A stretch of DNA of 64,000 nucleotides, taken from contig JAAILG010000202.1 in assembly GCA_012026655.1 (NCBI GenBank), positions 62,001-126,000 of the forward strand, given 5' to 3'. The translations under genes were made by a program, and so were the position numbers. Source of the DNA: Hydrolagus affinis. Taxonomy: Eukaryota. Position 1 is the stretch's first letter. Every line of letters begins with the position of its first letter. This document shows, in pieces, positions 1 to 12,485 of the stretch. Below the pieces are notes generated by a model. That model had not been told where the DNA came from. It ran no database searches and saw only the letters and a program-made list of their open reading frames with translations.

Positions 1-153
1 CTCCCTCCCTTCCAAAATAATTCAGATCAATATGGATTCATCCACAAAATATGTCCTGGAATGTGGGAAATACTGTAGTTTGAATATTATTTAGAGCTGG
101 GTGTGCTTGCCCACATTAAAATGTCCATTATACCATTTGAATTGAGGGATTTG

Positions 154-511
154 ACAACAACAACAAAATTACATTTATAGAGCGTCTTTCACGTGGGGAG
201 CACGTCCCAAGGTGCTGAACAGTCAGGTCGGGACCTGAGCAGGGGGCGAAGGGTTGGGGTAGATGAGGGGGGAAAGGAGAGTAGGAAAGGGGAGAGAGTT
301 AGGAGGACAGCAGAAGGCACGGTCGAAGAGGAAGGTCTTGAGACAGGCCTTGAAGGAGGATAGGGAAGAAGCGAGGTGAAGGGATTGCGGGATAGATTTC
401 CAGAATGTGGGGGCAGAGAGGCTGAAAGCCCAGCCACCGATGGTAGAGAAGTTCGGGCGGGGGACATGGAGCAGGCCAGAGCCCGCTGAATGGAGTGGGC
501 AGGTAGGCTGA
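154..511 (-). mobile_element. L2-clade LINE 3' end fragment
   Basis: Minus strand encodes ...GLLHVPRPNFSTIGGWAFSLSAPTFWKSIPQSLHLASSLSSFKACLKTFLF, the typical L2 ORF2 C-terminus, then the tail GGGACGT..CACGTGAAAG..CTCTATAAATGTAATTTTG(TTG)n. Confidence 0.9.
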
Positions 512-534
512 GAGGGGTCCAATGAGGGGTCCAA

Positions 535-668
535 TATAGCGCTTTTCACATCTTATCGACGTCCCAAAGTGCTTCACAGAATATACTGTAAAGCGAATTG
601 ACTGTATATTTGTGGGCGAAACGCAGCAGCCAATTGCGCACAGCAGTGTCCCCACAAACAGTCGTGGC
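535..668 (-). mobile_element. Deu-domain SINE 3' fragment
   Basis: Reverse complement contains TTTGTGGGGACACTGCTGTGCGCAATTGGCTGCTGCGTTTCGCCCACAAA, as in the full copies. Confidence 0.88.
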
Positions 669-1931
669 TGTTTGACCTCAGCAATTATTTAACAGATCAG
701 GTTTGACACATGTCAATTTCTGTTTTTTTTGGGGGTGGAGAAAGAGAAAAGGTCCCACTAATGGGTGGAAACTAGGAAGGCAGAGTGGGGTTGGGGTGAT
801 GGTGATCGTACGTGTGGTCACCTTTTTGGATTTTAAATGAGAGCTAACACAGTCAAAATCTATCAGTAACATGTATAACATGTACTGATTGTTGGCCTTC
901 ATATGAATATTTTGTGCTTGTTGTAAAAGCTGGACCGGATTCTCTTGAACCCTGTCCCTTTGGTGAATGGCCAAAGCACGTTTAATGATGAATGCGTTCT
1001 CGTTAAACTCACCACATGGAGCACATCAGAACTGCAAACAGGGTTCACTCTAACAGTGTTTACATCAGCATGTAACTAACTGAATACTTTTCACTTGACA
1101 TAAGCACAAACATTTTGGCAGGGTTACACAAAGCCACCTCCATTTAAGAAAAAAAATCCATGTGAACCAGTCTAGATACCCACGGGTTAACCAACACTAT
1201 CAAGGGAAGGCTGGTGTCAGGAAGAAAATTATGACTACATTCCTGATGAAAGAACTTGATTTGGAAATCCTTCTGATGATGAGAAGTTACTCTGATCTGT
1301 GGGAATACTCCTAAAGTGGACTAGGTTGGAACACACTCCCTGAGGATGTGTGTCTTTCATATCCAGTTGCGTATTAAGGAATAAGTCACCAGTCAGACAG
1401 AACACTGTCTGTACAAAGCACTCCTTCCACACGAGTTAAGTCCACATACGTCCAGGTCACACATGACAAGAGTTTACAGTGAGCTTACTGCTTGGAGTCA
1501 TTCAAATGGTTTCTTAGATCTCACCCACAGCATGAAAAATGCCATCTCTAATCCGACGCTGTTAATCAGAGCCCATTTATGGTTCTCAGTCACTGGAGGG
1601 CAATAGATCAAGTGTGTGGCAAGTAGCCATTCTAAAAAGTTAAATTTCTTCCATTATTATTAGCTTGAGCTGGAAGATGATCTGAATGAGGTTATGACTT
1701 CTGTTAATGCTGCAAAATTGGATTTTTGATCCAGCAGCTCATTTTCGTGTGCTTTGCTATGAAACTTCACCCAGTTCTCTCTTACTCAACTCTCCAAAAA
1801 AGGTGTCAGCCACGTACAGTTACAACACTCTCATCTTGTAGCTAGAAGGTTTTGAGTTCAAGTCTCCAGGTCAGGAGATGTCTCAAAGCACTTCACATGA
1901 TTTACTGAGAAGTGCAGTGACTCTGTATTTT

Positions 1932-2245
1932 GGAAGCCTGTAGCTCAGTGGTTAGAGCACTCGCCTTACAAGCATGAGACTTGTGTTCGAATCCAGGCAG
2001 GTCAGGGCGAAACCTTGGGCAAGTTTCCTTACTCCAAATGCCTAATAATAATCCCTCCGAAAAAACCCACACTAATAATAAATTGGTCATTTCAATCCAC
2101 GACTGTTTGTGGGACACTGCTGTGTGCAATTGGCTGCCACGTTTCGCCCACAAATACACAGTCAATTCACTATTCTGTGAAGCGCTTTGAGACATCGATA
2201 AGATGTGAAAAGAGCTATATCAAATGCAAGGATTATTATTATTAT
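1932..2245 (+). mobile_element. Full-length tRNA-derived Deu-domain SINE (short variant)
   Basis: A-box TAGCTCAGTGG, B-box GTTCGAATCC, Deu core TGTGGGACACTGCTGTGTGCAATTGGCTGCC, L2-like tail AAATGCAAGG(ATT)n. Confidence 0.93.
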
Positions 2246-3261
2246 AAGACAACATGGCAGCCAAAACCTCAACAGTTTATTTGAACACTCACCCACAAAA
2301 GACAGTGAATCCACTTTACAGAATATTCTTCGAAGCACTTTCAGAATCTAAACGATGTAATAAGGCATTATATCAACAACAACAACAACAAAATTACATT
2401 TCTAGAGCGCCTTTCACGTCGGGAGGATGTCCTGACAAAGCCAAGGATTATTATAATATTATTTACAAGATTCAAAATGTAATGTGTTTAATGTTGAACA
2501 TGCCTTGAGGGTTTATTTTGAGATTCCAACAAACAATATTAAACGAGAAAAAGTTCTGCACTGTTTATAAAACATCAATTTACTATGGGGAGGTTGAATG
2601 TTTGGCACGTATAAATGTATAAACCACACTTGTCAATGGTGCGGCTCTGTATAAAAGTGGTGGGAATTTAATCTTCAGGCATTTGGGTTCAAATTTGGTT
2701 TCCAAATAGGTCAAAATTTTTATATTTGTGCAGCTGAAACCAAGCCAGATGTCTGTTGTCACCAAATGGATGGACGTACCAATCATGGGAGAGGTCATAC
2801 ATCCTTCATCCCCACAAATATCTGGGACAAGTTTCAATCTCCAAAAATCAGGATTTTTTTTGTTTCAATTTTTTGGGTTAGACGGGTGTCTAACATACAC
2901 ACAAACCCTTCACCATGCTAGAGAGTATCCTAACCAAAATGGAATGCGTCCCACCTACACATGGAAATTCCAGAAATAGATTTTTCGAAGGGAATGGGCA
3001 CTCTCTGCCTGGAGGGATGCATTCAATTACATAAAGCATTATGCTCAGGTTGGCATCAACCAAAGCTTGGGGATGCCGTGTGTGTTGGCTTACTGCGCAC
3101 CAGCTACAACCACATAGCTTGCCATTGATATATCTGTCTGGCAAGCTTTCCCACTATTTATCTTGCTCCTTTTTGCAGCATTTAAAAACAAATTCCTACT
3201 TCCCTGAAAAAAGTCTAACGCTGTAACGCTGATGTGGCCCCATTCCCATCTACCTACAAAA

Positions 3262-3394
3262 ACCTATTTACTGCCAGGTAAACAGGTGAGTATGGAGTAA
3301 GGAAACTTGCCTAAGGTTTCACCCCACCAGGAAATCAAACCCAAGTCCTCTTGCTTGTGAGGCGAATGCACTAACCACTAAATTACGGGATTCC
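3262..3394 (-). mobile_element. SINE 5' head fragment (long variant)
   Basis: Reverse complement GGAATCCCGTAATTTAGTGGTTAG...AACCTTAGGCAAGTTTCCTTACTCC..CCTGTTTACCTGGCAGTAAATAGG. Confidence 0.8.
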
Positions 3395-5679
3395 ATTTAA
3401 GGCTCCAGCTGCGGTTTGTGAACTCACATTCCGCCATAGAGAGGTTCTATCAAATCAAACATGTGAACCCGAGGATGGCCTTTTCTAAAAGGAATCAATC
3501 TCTCCATCCGTTCCCAGCTCAGGTCTAAAATGAGTTTGTGTCCAAGTGGGAGCTCCCGAGACCACACACACAGCACAAAGACAAATCCCCTCTGGCTCTA
3601 CCTCTGGAAAATGAATGGAGATCAGGTGTTACAATGACATGGTTTAGAAGCTGTTTGCTGGGCAAATATCAGCATCTGACCTTCTCCATATTTATATTTG
3701 CCGAGTGCCCCGAAAGGGATTACTTTTTCCGTAGATGTTAACGCTTTATTCACTATTGAGTTTTCTCCGCTGGTATCAATGATGGGATTTGAACTGGATT
3801 TCTAATGATAATAATCCTTGCATTTGATATTGCACCTTATCACATTGTTGAGAACGTCTCACAGTGCTTCACACTCTTAAAGTGAATTCACTCTGTATTT
3901 TGTGGAGGACAAGGTTTGGAACCGGTGGTTTCAAATCAACTTTGCTCACACCGCTTCTCCCCCAGATCCGCTCCATGACCAGCACTGGTCCAGAACTCTG
4001 CAACGTTAAATGAATATATGTTCCCAATGTACCAACAACGTAATAACCAAAGAACGTTAACCAGGGTTTACCTGTACAGCAACTATGTACCATCTGATAG
4101 AGACAGGCAGTTATTCAACAGGGTTCAGCCCCATTGCAAGATATCAACTAATTAACAACAGGTTGCACTTGTATTACAACAACAACAATAACATCAACAA
4201 CAACAACAAAATTACACTTGTATAGCAGCTCCTTTCACATCAGGCGGACATCCCAATTTGCTGAAGTAAAACGCCCTCCATGCAAGGCAGTGCCTTAAAG
4301 TGCTTATCCATCGTAAAGAGATTTTTAACCTTCTGTTGTGAAGTTCCAACTGTCGTAAATCAGATTGGAGGAAGGATTTATTGTTTTGTTGCTAAACAAT
4401 TTACATTACTGTGGCTAGGAGGCAGGCAGCTAAACATGGCCAAATTAATAGGTCAATTTGACCTTGATGCAGTGCTCTGAGACAAGTCAGCGATTCAGTT
4501 GGTTGCAGTTAAAAAACGACTTTAAAATTGGTTCTGCATAGGGGGAACTCCCAAGCCTGTAGTATAGTTCAGCCATCACTTGACTTCCCATGATTATTGC
4601 ACATTGAGAAAAATGGATCGGAACTGAATTGGTTCAGGATGTGTGGCAATGCCTTTTTGTTTGCATGTCATGACAGATAAATTTCCTGTGTGCTCAGTGG
4701 ATAAATGACACATAGGGGCTGGTACAGAATAAGTGGTAAGTTCCACTTATGATCCCCAGTCCCTAAGACGTGGCTCTTGCCAACCTACTTCTAATACCCT
4801 CCAGAATTAAGCAGGGTGTGTCCCTCCAGGGAGAGAGTGCGCGTTCAGTTCCAACAATCTATCTCTGGGATTTCCATGTGTAGCTGGGATGAATGGAATT
4901 CTCTGTTTGGTTTGGATACTCTTGAACACGATGATGGGTTTCCGCTTGGGTCAGACGCCTGGCTAACCAAAAAAAGCCCCGGAATGGCTAACACTCAAAT
5001 GTGTAATCAGTGGCTGGTGCATTTATAGACTGAGCGAGGATATTGTCGTAGCTAACCTACTGCAATAAACTGTGGATTCAATTCCTTGTCAAGGCAGGAT
5101 CGATGTTGGCTGGACCATGTAACAGTGTTAATTAATCCCTCAGACGCAGGGGCCTAGTTCGGTTGACACCTCACTGCCAAGATATAGTGTTGCTTTGTTT
5201 GATTGGAGCTTTGAATGTTTGCCATGTGTTCTGGGGCGTATAGGGAGAACCCATCTCTAGCTACCAATGATTAGAAATATTTTCTCATTTCCCACTCATT
5301 CGCAAACCGAATGGCTGAGTGATTCGGAAATGGGTAAACTGTGCGGCGATGCCAAGGTGGGATAGATTAAACAGATGAAATAAGGCTGCAGGCAAGGTAT
5401 TTATTGTTCAATAAACTGCTTGGTTCTGGACAAATGGAAATTTCCATGCGTCTGTGAAATGCCTGGCCTGGATACTCTGGATAATGAGGGATGGGATTCG
5501 ACATGCGTCAGGCAAACATCTGATCCCCAAATATCCAAAATCCGAGATTCACAAAACGGAAATGTGAATGTCATGTTTGGACATCTCTAGAGTCCTATTG
5601 TTGGGCGTTTGCCTACAAAACACAATACTTTACATTTTCTTGTCATTAATAATAATAATCATAATCCTTGCAGAATGCA

Positions 5680-5790
5680 AAATATTGCAGCTGCTGGAAA
5701 TCTCGTGAGAACTGATGAAGAGTTATAGTCTCGAAAGGTTGACTCACTTTAACCTGGTGAGTGTTCCCAATGACTTCTATTTTTGTTTCA
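5680..5790 (+). mobile_element. Degenerate Penelope-like terminal remnant with decayed hammerhead core (5712-5745)
   Basis: AATATTGCAGCTGCTGGAAATCT...CTGATGAAGAG-TTATAGT-CTCGAAAGGTTGACTC, similar to the element at 21951-22205. Confidence 0.65.
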
Positions 5791-6836
5791 TAACAATCCT
5801 TGCATTTGAATCAGCTTTGTGACTTTGATAAAATGTGAAAAGCGCTATATCAAATGCAAGAATTATTATTATTATCTACAAAGTGCTTCGCAGAAAATAT
5901 TGTAAAGTGAATGAACTATATTTTGTGGGCATTAAGTACTTTGAGACATCACGCTGACATGCAATGTGCTGTATCAAATTAAGGGATTATTATTTTAGTA
6001 TTATTAATACCAATAATAATTTGTTAAGTGGGTGTATCATAGTTTTCTGCAAATTATTTGAGAGTCAAGCGCCCCTTCTCATTCAGGTTTTAAGCCTGTC
6101 ATTACAAAATATGCAACCATGCATTGCGAACGTGAAGATGCAGTTAAAATGTGGAATTATTAAATTGGTGAAAGCTGTTTATTTGAAGTGACCACATTAT
6201 AGGAAAAGCTTAATTGACAAATTTCATTGTGACTGATTGGACAGTTTAATAACTTTATTGGATGCACAACTATCTCTGCAGTAATTAAAATGAACAGCAG
6301 TTAATGTGACGCTGATAGCCTTGCACAGACCGCAAATTGAATTTGAATGACTTTTAAATTTAGTTTGCACCCTGATTGCTCGCAGTGCACGTTCACAGCA
6401 GATTTCTGAAATGTTTAGGTCCAGTGAATCGTGACATTTGGGATTAAAAGCAAATTAATTCAATTTGCTCAAATGTTTCTGTTTAACTGCCATTAAGTCT
6501 TCATGCTGAAAACACACTTAATCTAGTGCCTTGTGACGTCCTCCTGATGTGAGAGGCGCTATACAAGTCGAATTTTGTTGTTATTGTTTATCAAACAGTT
6601 CATTGAAATTCCACCATGGATTAGATTTATTCTCTTTATTTTTAGAGCATTAAATACCTAGGGATGTCCTCCCAGATATACTGTAATGTAAATTTATATT
6701 GTAAATATGGTCCTAAAACATGGTCTTAACTTTGAAGTGGTTTTTTTTTCTGTTACTTGCTTTTAAGAACTCCAGAGAGAGAAGAAAAAGCCTGCTAAAT
6801 TGAGTCTGAACTCAACTATTCTGGAAACTCTGAAGT

Positions 6837-6965
6837 AATAATAATAATGATCCTTGCATGTTATATAGTGTCTTATTATGTTGTTAAGACATCTCAAAGC
6901 ATTTTACAGAATATATTATAAAGTATATTGACTGTATATTTTGTAGGTGAAACACAGCAGCTAAT
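6837..6965 (-). mobile_element. Deu SINE 3' fragment
   Basis: (TAA)n TCCTTGCAT...CAGAATATATTATAAAGTATATTGACTGTATATTT...GCAGC. Confidence 0.75.
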
Positions 6966-7844
6966 TAGGTACATAAATAGATTACGTGTATTATATAAAT
7001 AAATTGCTCCATAAATAGAATAAATCTGGAGTTTCTCCCTGAGCAACGCAGACTATAATAAAAACAAAAGAATGTTCCGTTCAGATCTGTGGCTTTAGCT
7101 TCAATCAACACCCTCCAGTACTGCAGGGAACAACAACAAGAAAATGACATTTGCCTAGCAGTGCAACTTGCAAAATACAGTATATATGTGCACCTGAACG
7201 GTCTCACCATTCCTGCTCAGAGCCTCTCCGCGGTGCAGTGAACTTATTTTAAGAGTGTCTAAACTGGGCCTGTTCTGTATAGTATCAATTGTGTAGTTCC
7301 ATTCAGTGGGAGAGAGTTTCAATCTGTAGAGGCCCATTTTATAAAAATACGTAATGGTGTCTGCTATTACTGGTACTGAATACAGACATTATCAGGAAGA
7401 AAACAGATGCTGCAGTCAATCGAGGAATGCCAGGTGAATTGTCAGATGTAGAATTAAGAAATTAGCATTTGTATAGTTTTGTCGTGAAGAAAAGCTTCAT
7501 GTTTTGCTGTGGACGTATTACATCTAATGTTATACAGGAATAAGGAAAGTGTGAACAAGTTCTAGTTAGCCGTTCCGCTCCATTTCTTCCTAAGGTGTTA
7601 TTTCTCAAATTGCTGGTAACATTTTGGAACAAGATTATCAATTCATTCCAGCTCTGCAAATGGAACAATGCAAAACGACTGAAATTGGATGACATTTGCA
7701 GACCTGAAAATAACTATGAGATCAGCAAAGTGCTTGACACAATGATTGTCTTTTCAATTTGAAATCCTGTAAGCTGATTAAAATGTTGTGTACTCATCCA
7801 CTCTAAACACTGGTCCACTGGCTCCACATAACAGAATGGATTCT

Positions 7845-8070
7845 CTCACTTGTCTATAAATCCCTTCACGCTCTCGCACCTCCCTAGCTCACTGACTTGC
7901 TTACTCCTCACTCCATCACCAGCCTCCTACACTCAGCTCACTCTGGCCTCCTGTTTGCTCCTTATCCCCTGAGCTCCACCGTTGGCAGCTTTCAGTTACT
8001 ACCTCCTGATATTTTGGAACTCTCTCCCTCAATTCCTCGGCTTTGCCCCCTCCTTCCCCATTTTCAGATC
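7845..8070 (+). mobile_element. Old L2 3' fragment
   Basis: LTPHSITSLLHSAHSGLLFAP resembles the L2 ORF2 C-terminus; C/T-rich composition. Confidence 0.65.
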
Positions 8071-8374
8071 GTGTACTGGTCCTTGCTGGTGTTTGCACTC
8101 TACACTATCCTCCTCCCCACTTAAGCCCCTTTGCGTATTCTGCTCCTTTATGTATCAAGTTTCCTCTTAAATGCATGAATGCTTTCTGGTTCTAACCACA
8201 GCTTTGAGTTCACATGCTCATCACACTCTGCCTTCAGAAGCTTATCCCGAACTCTCTGATGTCCTCCTGACATGAAAGACACTATACAAATGTAATTTTG
8301 TTGTTGGTTATGTGGAACATTACTGCTAATCAGGCAGAATTGATCATTCTTACTTGGGGGACAAATAAAAAAAT

Positions 8375-8565
8375 ATCAAAACTTACATTTATATAGCGCC
8401 TTTCACGTGGAGAGGACGTCCCAAGGCGCTGTACAGTCATAGGGACAAAAGCAGATGGGTGGGGGTCGAGACAGGGAGAAGGAGAATAGGAAAATTGACT
8501 GTGTATTTTTGGGTGAAACGCGGCAGCCAGATTGCGCACAGCAGTGTCCCACAAACAGTCATGGA
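8375..8565 (-). mobile_element. Chimeric Deu-SINE body joined to an L2 LINE tail
   Basis: Minus strand: Deu core followed directly by CT-rich L2 3'UTR and CAGCGCCTTGGGACGTCCTCTCCACGTGAAAGGCGCTATATAAATGTAAG. Confidence 0.75.
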
Positions 8566-8927
8566 AGTGGGACTAGGGGGAAAGATATATATATATATCT
8601 GTGGGTGAGACTCCCGGCAATTTAATTATCACTTAAATTATCGTGATCGTTTGATTGAGGGGTGGGCAGAAGATGATTGTCCCACCCACCCCACGTGAGG
8701 GGTGAGGTGGGGGGGGAGGTAGGGGATGTCTGGTACATGGAATGGGAGTGCTGTTAAGGTGACGCACGATCAGAGTGGATTCAGATTGTATTGTCAGAGA
8801 CTCCGTCCTTTGGATGAGATGTTAAACTCTCCCTCCCTCACTCCCCGCGAGGTGAGGGGCTGTTTGTGAGACATTGATGTGTGCATTTTGGTTACTGCAT
8901 TTGTACAAATACATAGACAGAAACATG

Positions 8928-9223
8928 TGGCGAAATCTTATGTAACTTTCCTTGCTCCAGACACCTCTGTGTACCTAGCAATAAGTAGGAACCCATTTGT
9001 TAGTTGATTGGCAGATCGCTTTCTGAGGGTAGAAATTTTCCCCAGAAAAAATTGGCCCTCAATTCATGACTGGTTGTGGGACACTGCTGTGCGCAATTGG
9101 CTGCTGCATTTCATCCACAAAATATAGTCAATTCCCTTTACAGTATATTCTATGAAGCGCTTTGAGACCTATAAGGTTTTGAGACTGATGAGATGCTTTA
9201 ACAAATGCAAGAATTGTTATTAT
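8928..9223 (+). mobile_element. Deu SINE, long variant, 5'-truncated
   Basis: Extra segment CCTCTGTGTACCTAGCAATAAGTAGGAACC...GGCAGATCGCTTT, Deu core, AAATGCAAGAATTGTTATT tail. Confidence 0.85.
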
Positions 9224-9504
9224 ACAATAAAACACTTTCTGTTGGGCTTAATGGCTCCAATTGTAAATTGCCAATATCAGCAGCCAGTGCACCTCACCTT
9301 AAGAGCTGAAAGTTCCTAAAGAACATTTTAAATAGTTTGGGATCGGAGAGTTACTGCAGGAATGTAAGACTGAAGTATGATTAATGATTAATAGATATTC
9401 TTCCCCCAGCACTATGTGGGAGGAAATAAGGATTAGATACAATCTGAAGGAAACCAGAAGACAGTAATGAATTCTACTGTGCGTGTGTGTATGTATGTGT
9501 GTGA

Positions 9505-9720
9505 GCCTGTTCAGGTGGATGTTAAAGATTTCATGGCACTATTGGAAAAGAGAATGTAGTTTTTGCCCCCTAATCTTGGCCAACAATCCCCAAGTAAGAA
9601 TTGATTTACTACTTAGCTGTTTGTGAGACATCGATGTGTGCATTTTGGTTACTGCGTTTGAATACATAGACAGCAATAAAATCCTATGAAGCGCCTCTTT
9701 ATCAAATGTAAGGTTATTGC
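9505..9720 (+). mobile_element. Older full-Deu SINE relic (SacSINE1/AmnSINE1-like)
   Basis: CCTGTTCAGGTGGATGTTAAAGATTTCATGGCACTATTGGAAAAGAG...CTTGGCCAACA...GCTGTTTGTGAGA resembles the Deu domain as I recall it. Confidence 0.7.
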
Positions 9721-12199
9721 TTTTTTTCTGCCGGGATTGGAGGTGCTCAGCAATGATTTCTCAAATTGGGATTTTAAAAGGAAGGAAATAGAGAACATGA
9801 CAGGTTTAACCCATTTCTCTTTTTAATCTGTAATAATAATCTGTAAATTGTTATAGCAAAAAAACTCAAACTAATTCAAGTGTTAGCACCGAAGCTATCT
9901 GATCCTCTGAAGGAAACATCCAAGATGCATTTCTGAAACTCCACTGAAGATTTATCGCTTTCTCATTTGCTCACGCTTGAATATGGTTAAGATCACCAAG
10001 TTTGAAATATGGGAAGTCAAACTTTGATATGTTACCGGCTCCTCATAAAATTACATCCACTGAGATGCTAATTATGTACTGTTTCAGCTCATTCGTTGTC
10101 CAGAATAGGTTGCCAGGTAAAACCTTGTTAATTTTTCATGGCCTCTCTTCTCGAAAACTCATTATTCTTCTGTGATGAATACTTTTATTATTCAGACAAA
10201 GTACATATTGAAAGCAGCTTGTAAAAGTTCAATGAAATAATGAAATGGACCATGTTATTCATAGCTCGAAGTAGCAAGTAGCATTCGGTTTGATTTTATG
10301 TACATTTTCCTGATCAATTCCAGGACATTTGACCAACCAAACAGCACAACAGCAGTTAGTGGGTAGTGTGGACATTTGTTCATAGTTGCGAGCCACTGAG
10401 GTTATTTTTCATGTGTATTGAACTCTCTAATAATAATAATAACCCTTCCATTTGATACAGCCCTTTCTCACTCCGTTAAAACCTTTCAAAATACTTTTCA
10501 GAATAAATAGTAAAGTGAATTGACTGTATGTTTTCTGGGGGAAACATAATGGTAATTACCAATTCTTCTACCCAGTGGCTCCCTTTGTTCAACGGTCATC
10601 TGAGTTGCTTCCTTACATTTTCTATTACCAAGTGACTGACTTGACATCATTTCAAGCGGGCGTCCATCAGCGCAGTGTTAAGTTACTCTTACTGTTAGTC
10701 GGAGGCTGGAGCACGTTGCTGGTCTGATGTCTCGCAAAGCTCTGTGGCATGCAGTACTGAGCCCAAGCAGCAATTCAGCATTGTCTCATCATCTGTCTGA
10801 CAATAAACCGGCATGCAGTCAACAGCAGCAACAAATAGTCAGTGTGCACGACAGGATTTGGGTTGATCACTATTTCAAAGTAACATATGAAGTTTGATAC
10901 AATGTAAAGATATCTTAAACTGGCCAGTTTGTACACAATTATTACTTAACGGCTATTTTTGTCTTGCCAATGCTATTTTTTAGGAAAGAAATGCATATAC
11001 AGTACTATGTGATACCTTCCCTCCAGGCAATCTCATTAAGTCGCTTTGTCTTTTTGCAGGAACATTTGCCTGAACAATCGATCGAGGAGGTCAGAGTTTA
11101 CATTGCTACGATGGAAATTGCCCCAGAATGAATCTATAATAATAATAATAATTTGGTCATTTAATCCACGACCGTTTGCTGTGGGCAATTGGCTGCCATG
11201 TTTCCATTTAAACTACCGTACACTGTAATTTCAAAAACTAAGAATTCCTTTATATGAACAGATATCCATGCAGTGCACTACATACAGTTGGTGAAACAAA
11301 TAATAAGCTTTACATTTGGCCACAGCTCCTTTTATGTTGGGAGGACATCTCTCAAAGTGCTTCATGGGATACACTGTAAAATGTAGTGACAATGTATTTT
11401 GTGGGTGATCACCTAGGTCTGATAAGGATGCTGGGACTCGTTCAGAAAAGAACTCAAAGCTGTGTTGGGAAGACGGGAGAGTGTATGTTTTGGAGGGATG
11501 AGATCAAATGGGCTGACAATGCTTTCTTATCCGAACTTCTCTTGTAGTCCTGTGATTCTATTAATTTTAATGCCAGCAGAAATGATAAATGATCTGCTTG
11601 ATAGAAACAGATATTTTCTCAGGTAATAAAACTTCTCACACAGATATCTCAACTGTTGTCATAAAAAGAAGATAGATAATCAATATTAAGTGTTGACAAA
11701 AACACATTGATTTTAAAATTAATTTGACACAAAATTCTTGCTTGTCCGCTCATTAACCTACCAGGCATATGTTTTAACAAGCAGACAAAACAGTATCATT
11801 TACTGACATGCTGTAACATTCAGCAAAGGATAATAAAAAAATCTTCTTTATGAAATTATCATAAGGAGAACATTTTGTGAAGGACATTTCTGGGCGCTAT
11901 CTAGAGTGGTACAGAATAGAAACAGGCCTTTTGGCTGGTGGATGACACTTCAGACGAGCCCCAAAACCTGTGAATTTTGATGATGCTAAGTAGTGTTTAT
12001 CTTGAACATGTGCTGCAATTCTGTAACAGATGTTTATTGAAATTGCATATGTACATGATGAAAACTTCGCAATGTATGAAACATGAGCGAGGCCACATTG
12101 GCGGATTCTGCTACAGAAACACCATTTCACCTATGGCCGCCCTCCTGAAATGTTTTCCATATTTAGGAACAACAAACTCGGAAATGATCAAAAGATCAC

Positions 12200-12485
12200 A
12201 AAATTAGTCCGGATGAAGAAAACCCTTCGGCCCATCCAATCATATCCCTCCATAACATCCACCCTACCATTCCCCCATTACTTTTAAATGAGTCCAGTGT
12301 CCTGGTCTCTACCACCTTTTCTGGCAACCGTGTTCCAGTTGTTGATTACTCTCTGATTACTTTATGCCCCATTGTTCGAGATTCCCCACCAGAGGAAATA
12401 ATTTCTCTGTATCTGTGTGGTGGCCCAAACTGACGGCAGTTCTCCAGATGGGATCTGACGAAGGTTCTATATAGCTGAAGCATCA
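12200..12485 (-). mobile_element. CR1 LINE 3' fragment
   Basis: Minus strand YRTFVRSHLENCRQFGPP resembles the CR1 motif YKALVRPHLEYCVQFWSP; 3'UTR GATGGGCCGAAGGG. Confidence 0.75.

Noticed and set aside
512-535. 12-bp tandem GAGGGGTCCAAT x2 at an L2/SINE junction
   Set aside because: Ordinary repair or slippage duplication.
1241-1297. C/D snoRNA or hammerhead (TGATGA...CTGA)
   Set aside because: No terminal stem or correct spacing, and no stem II followed by GAAAC.
1589-1603. CTCF-like motif (also ~16815, ~59373, ~60113)
   Set aside because: Partial matches only; not supportable without ChIP or conservation data.
1932-2005. tRNA gene (A/B boxes; also 14906, 16463, 20209, 48870, 53649)
   Set aside because: These are SINE heads with no intact cloverleaf, continuing into the SINE body and tail.
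4680-5170. LF-SINE-like ancient SINE
   Set aside because: Only an A-box-like start and a few short word matches; not alignable by eye.
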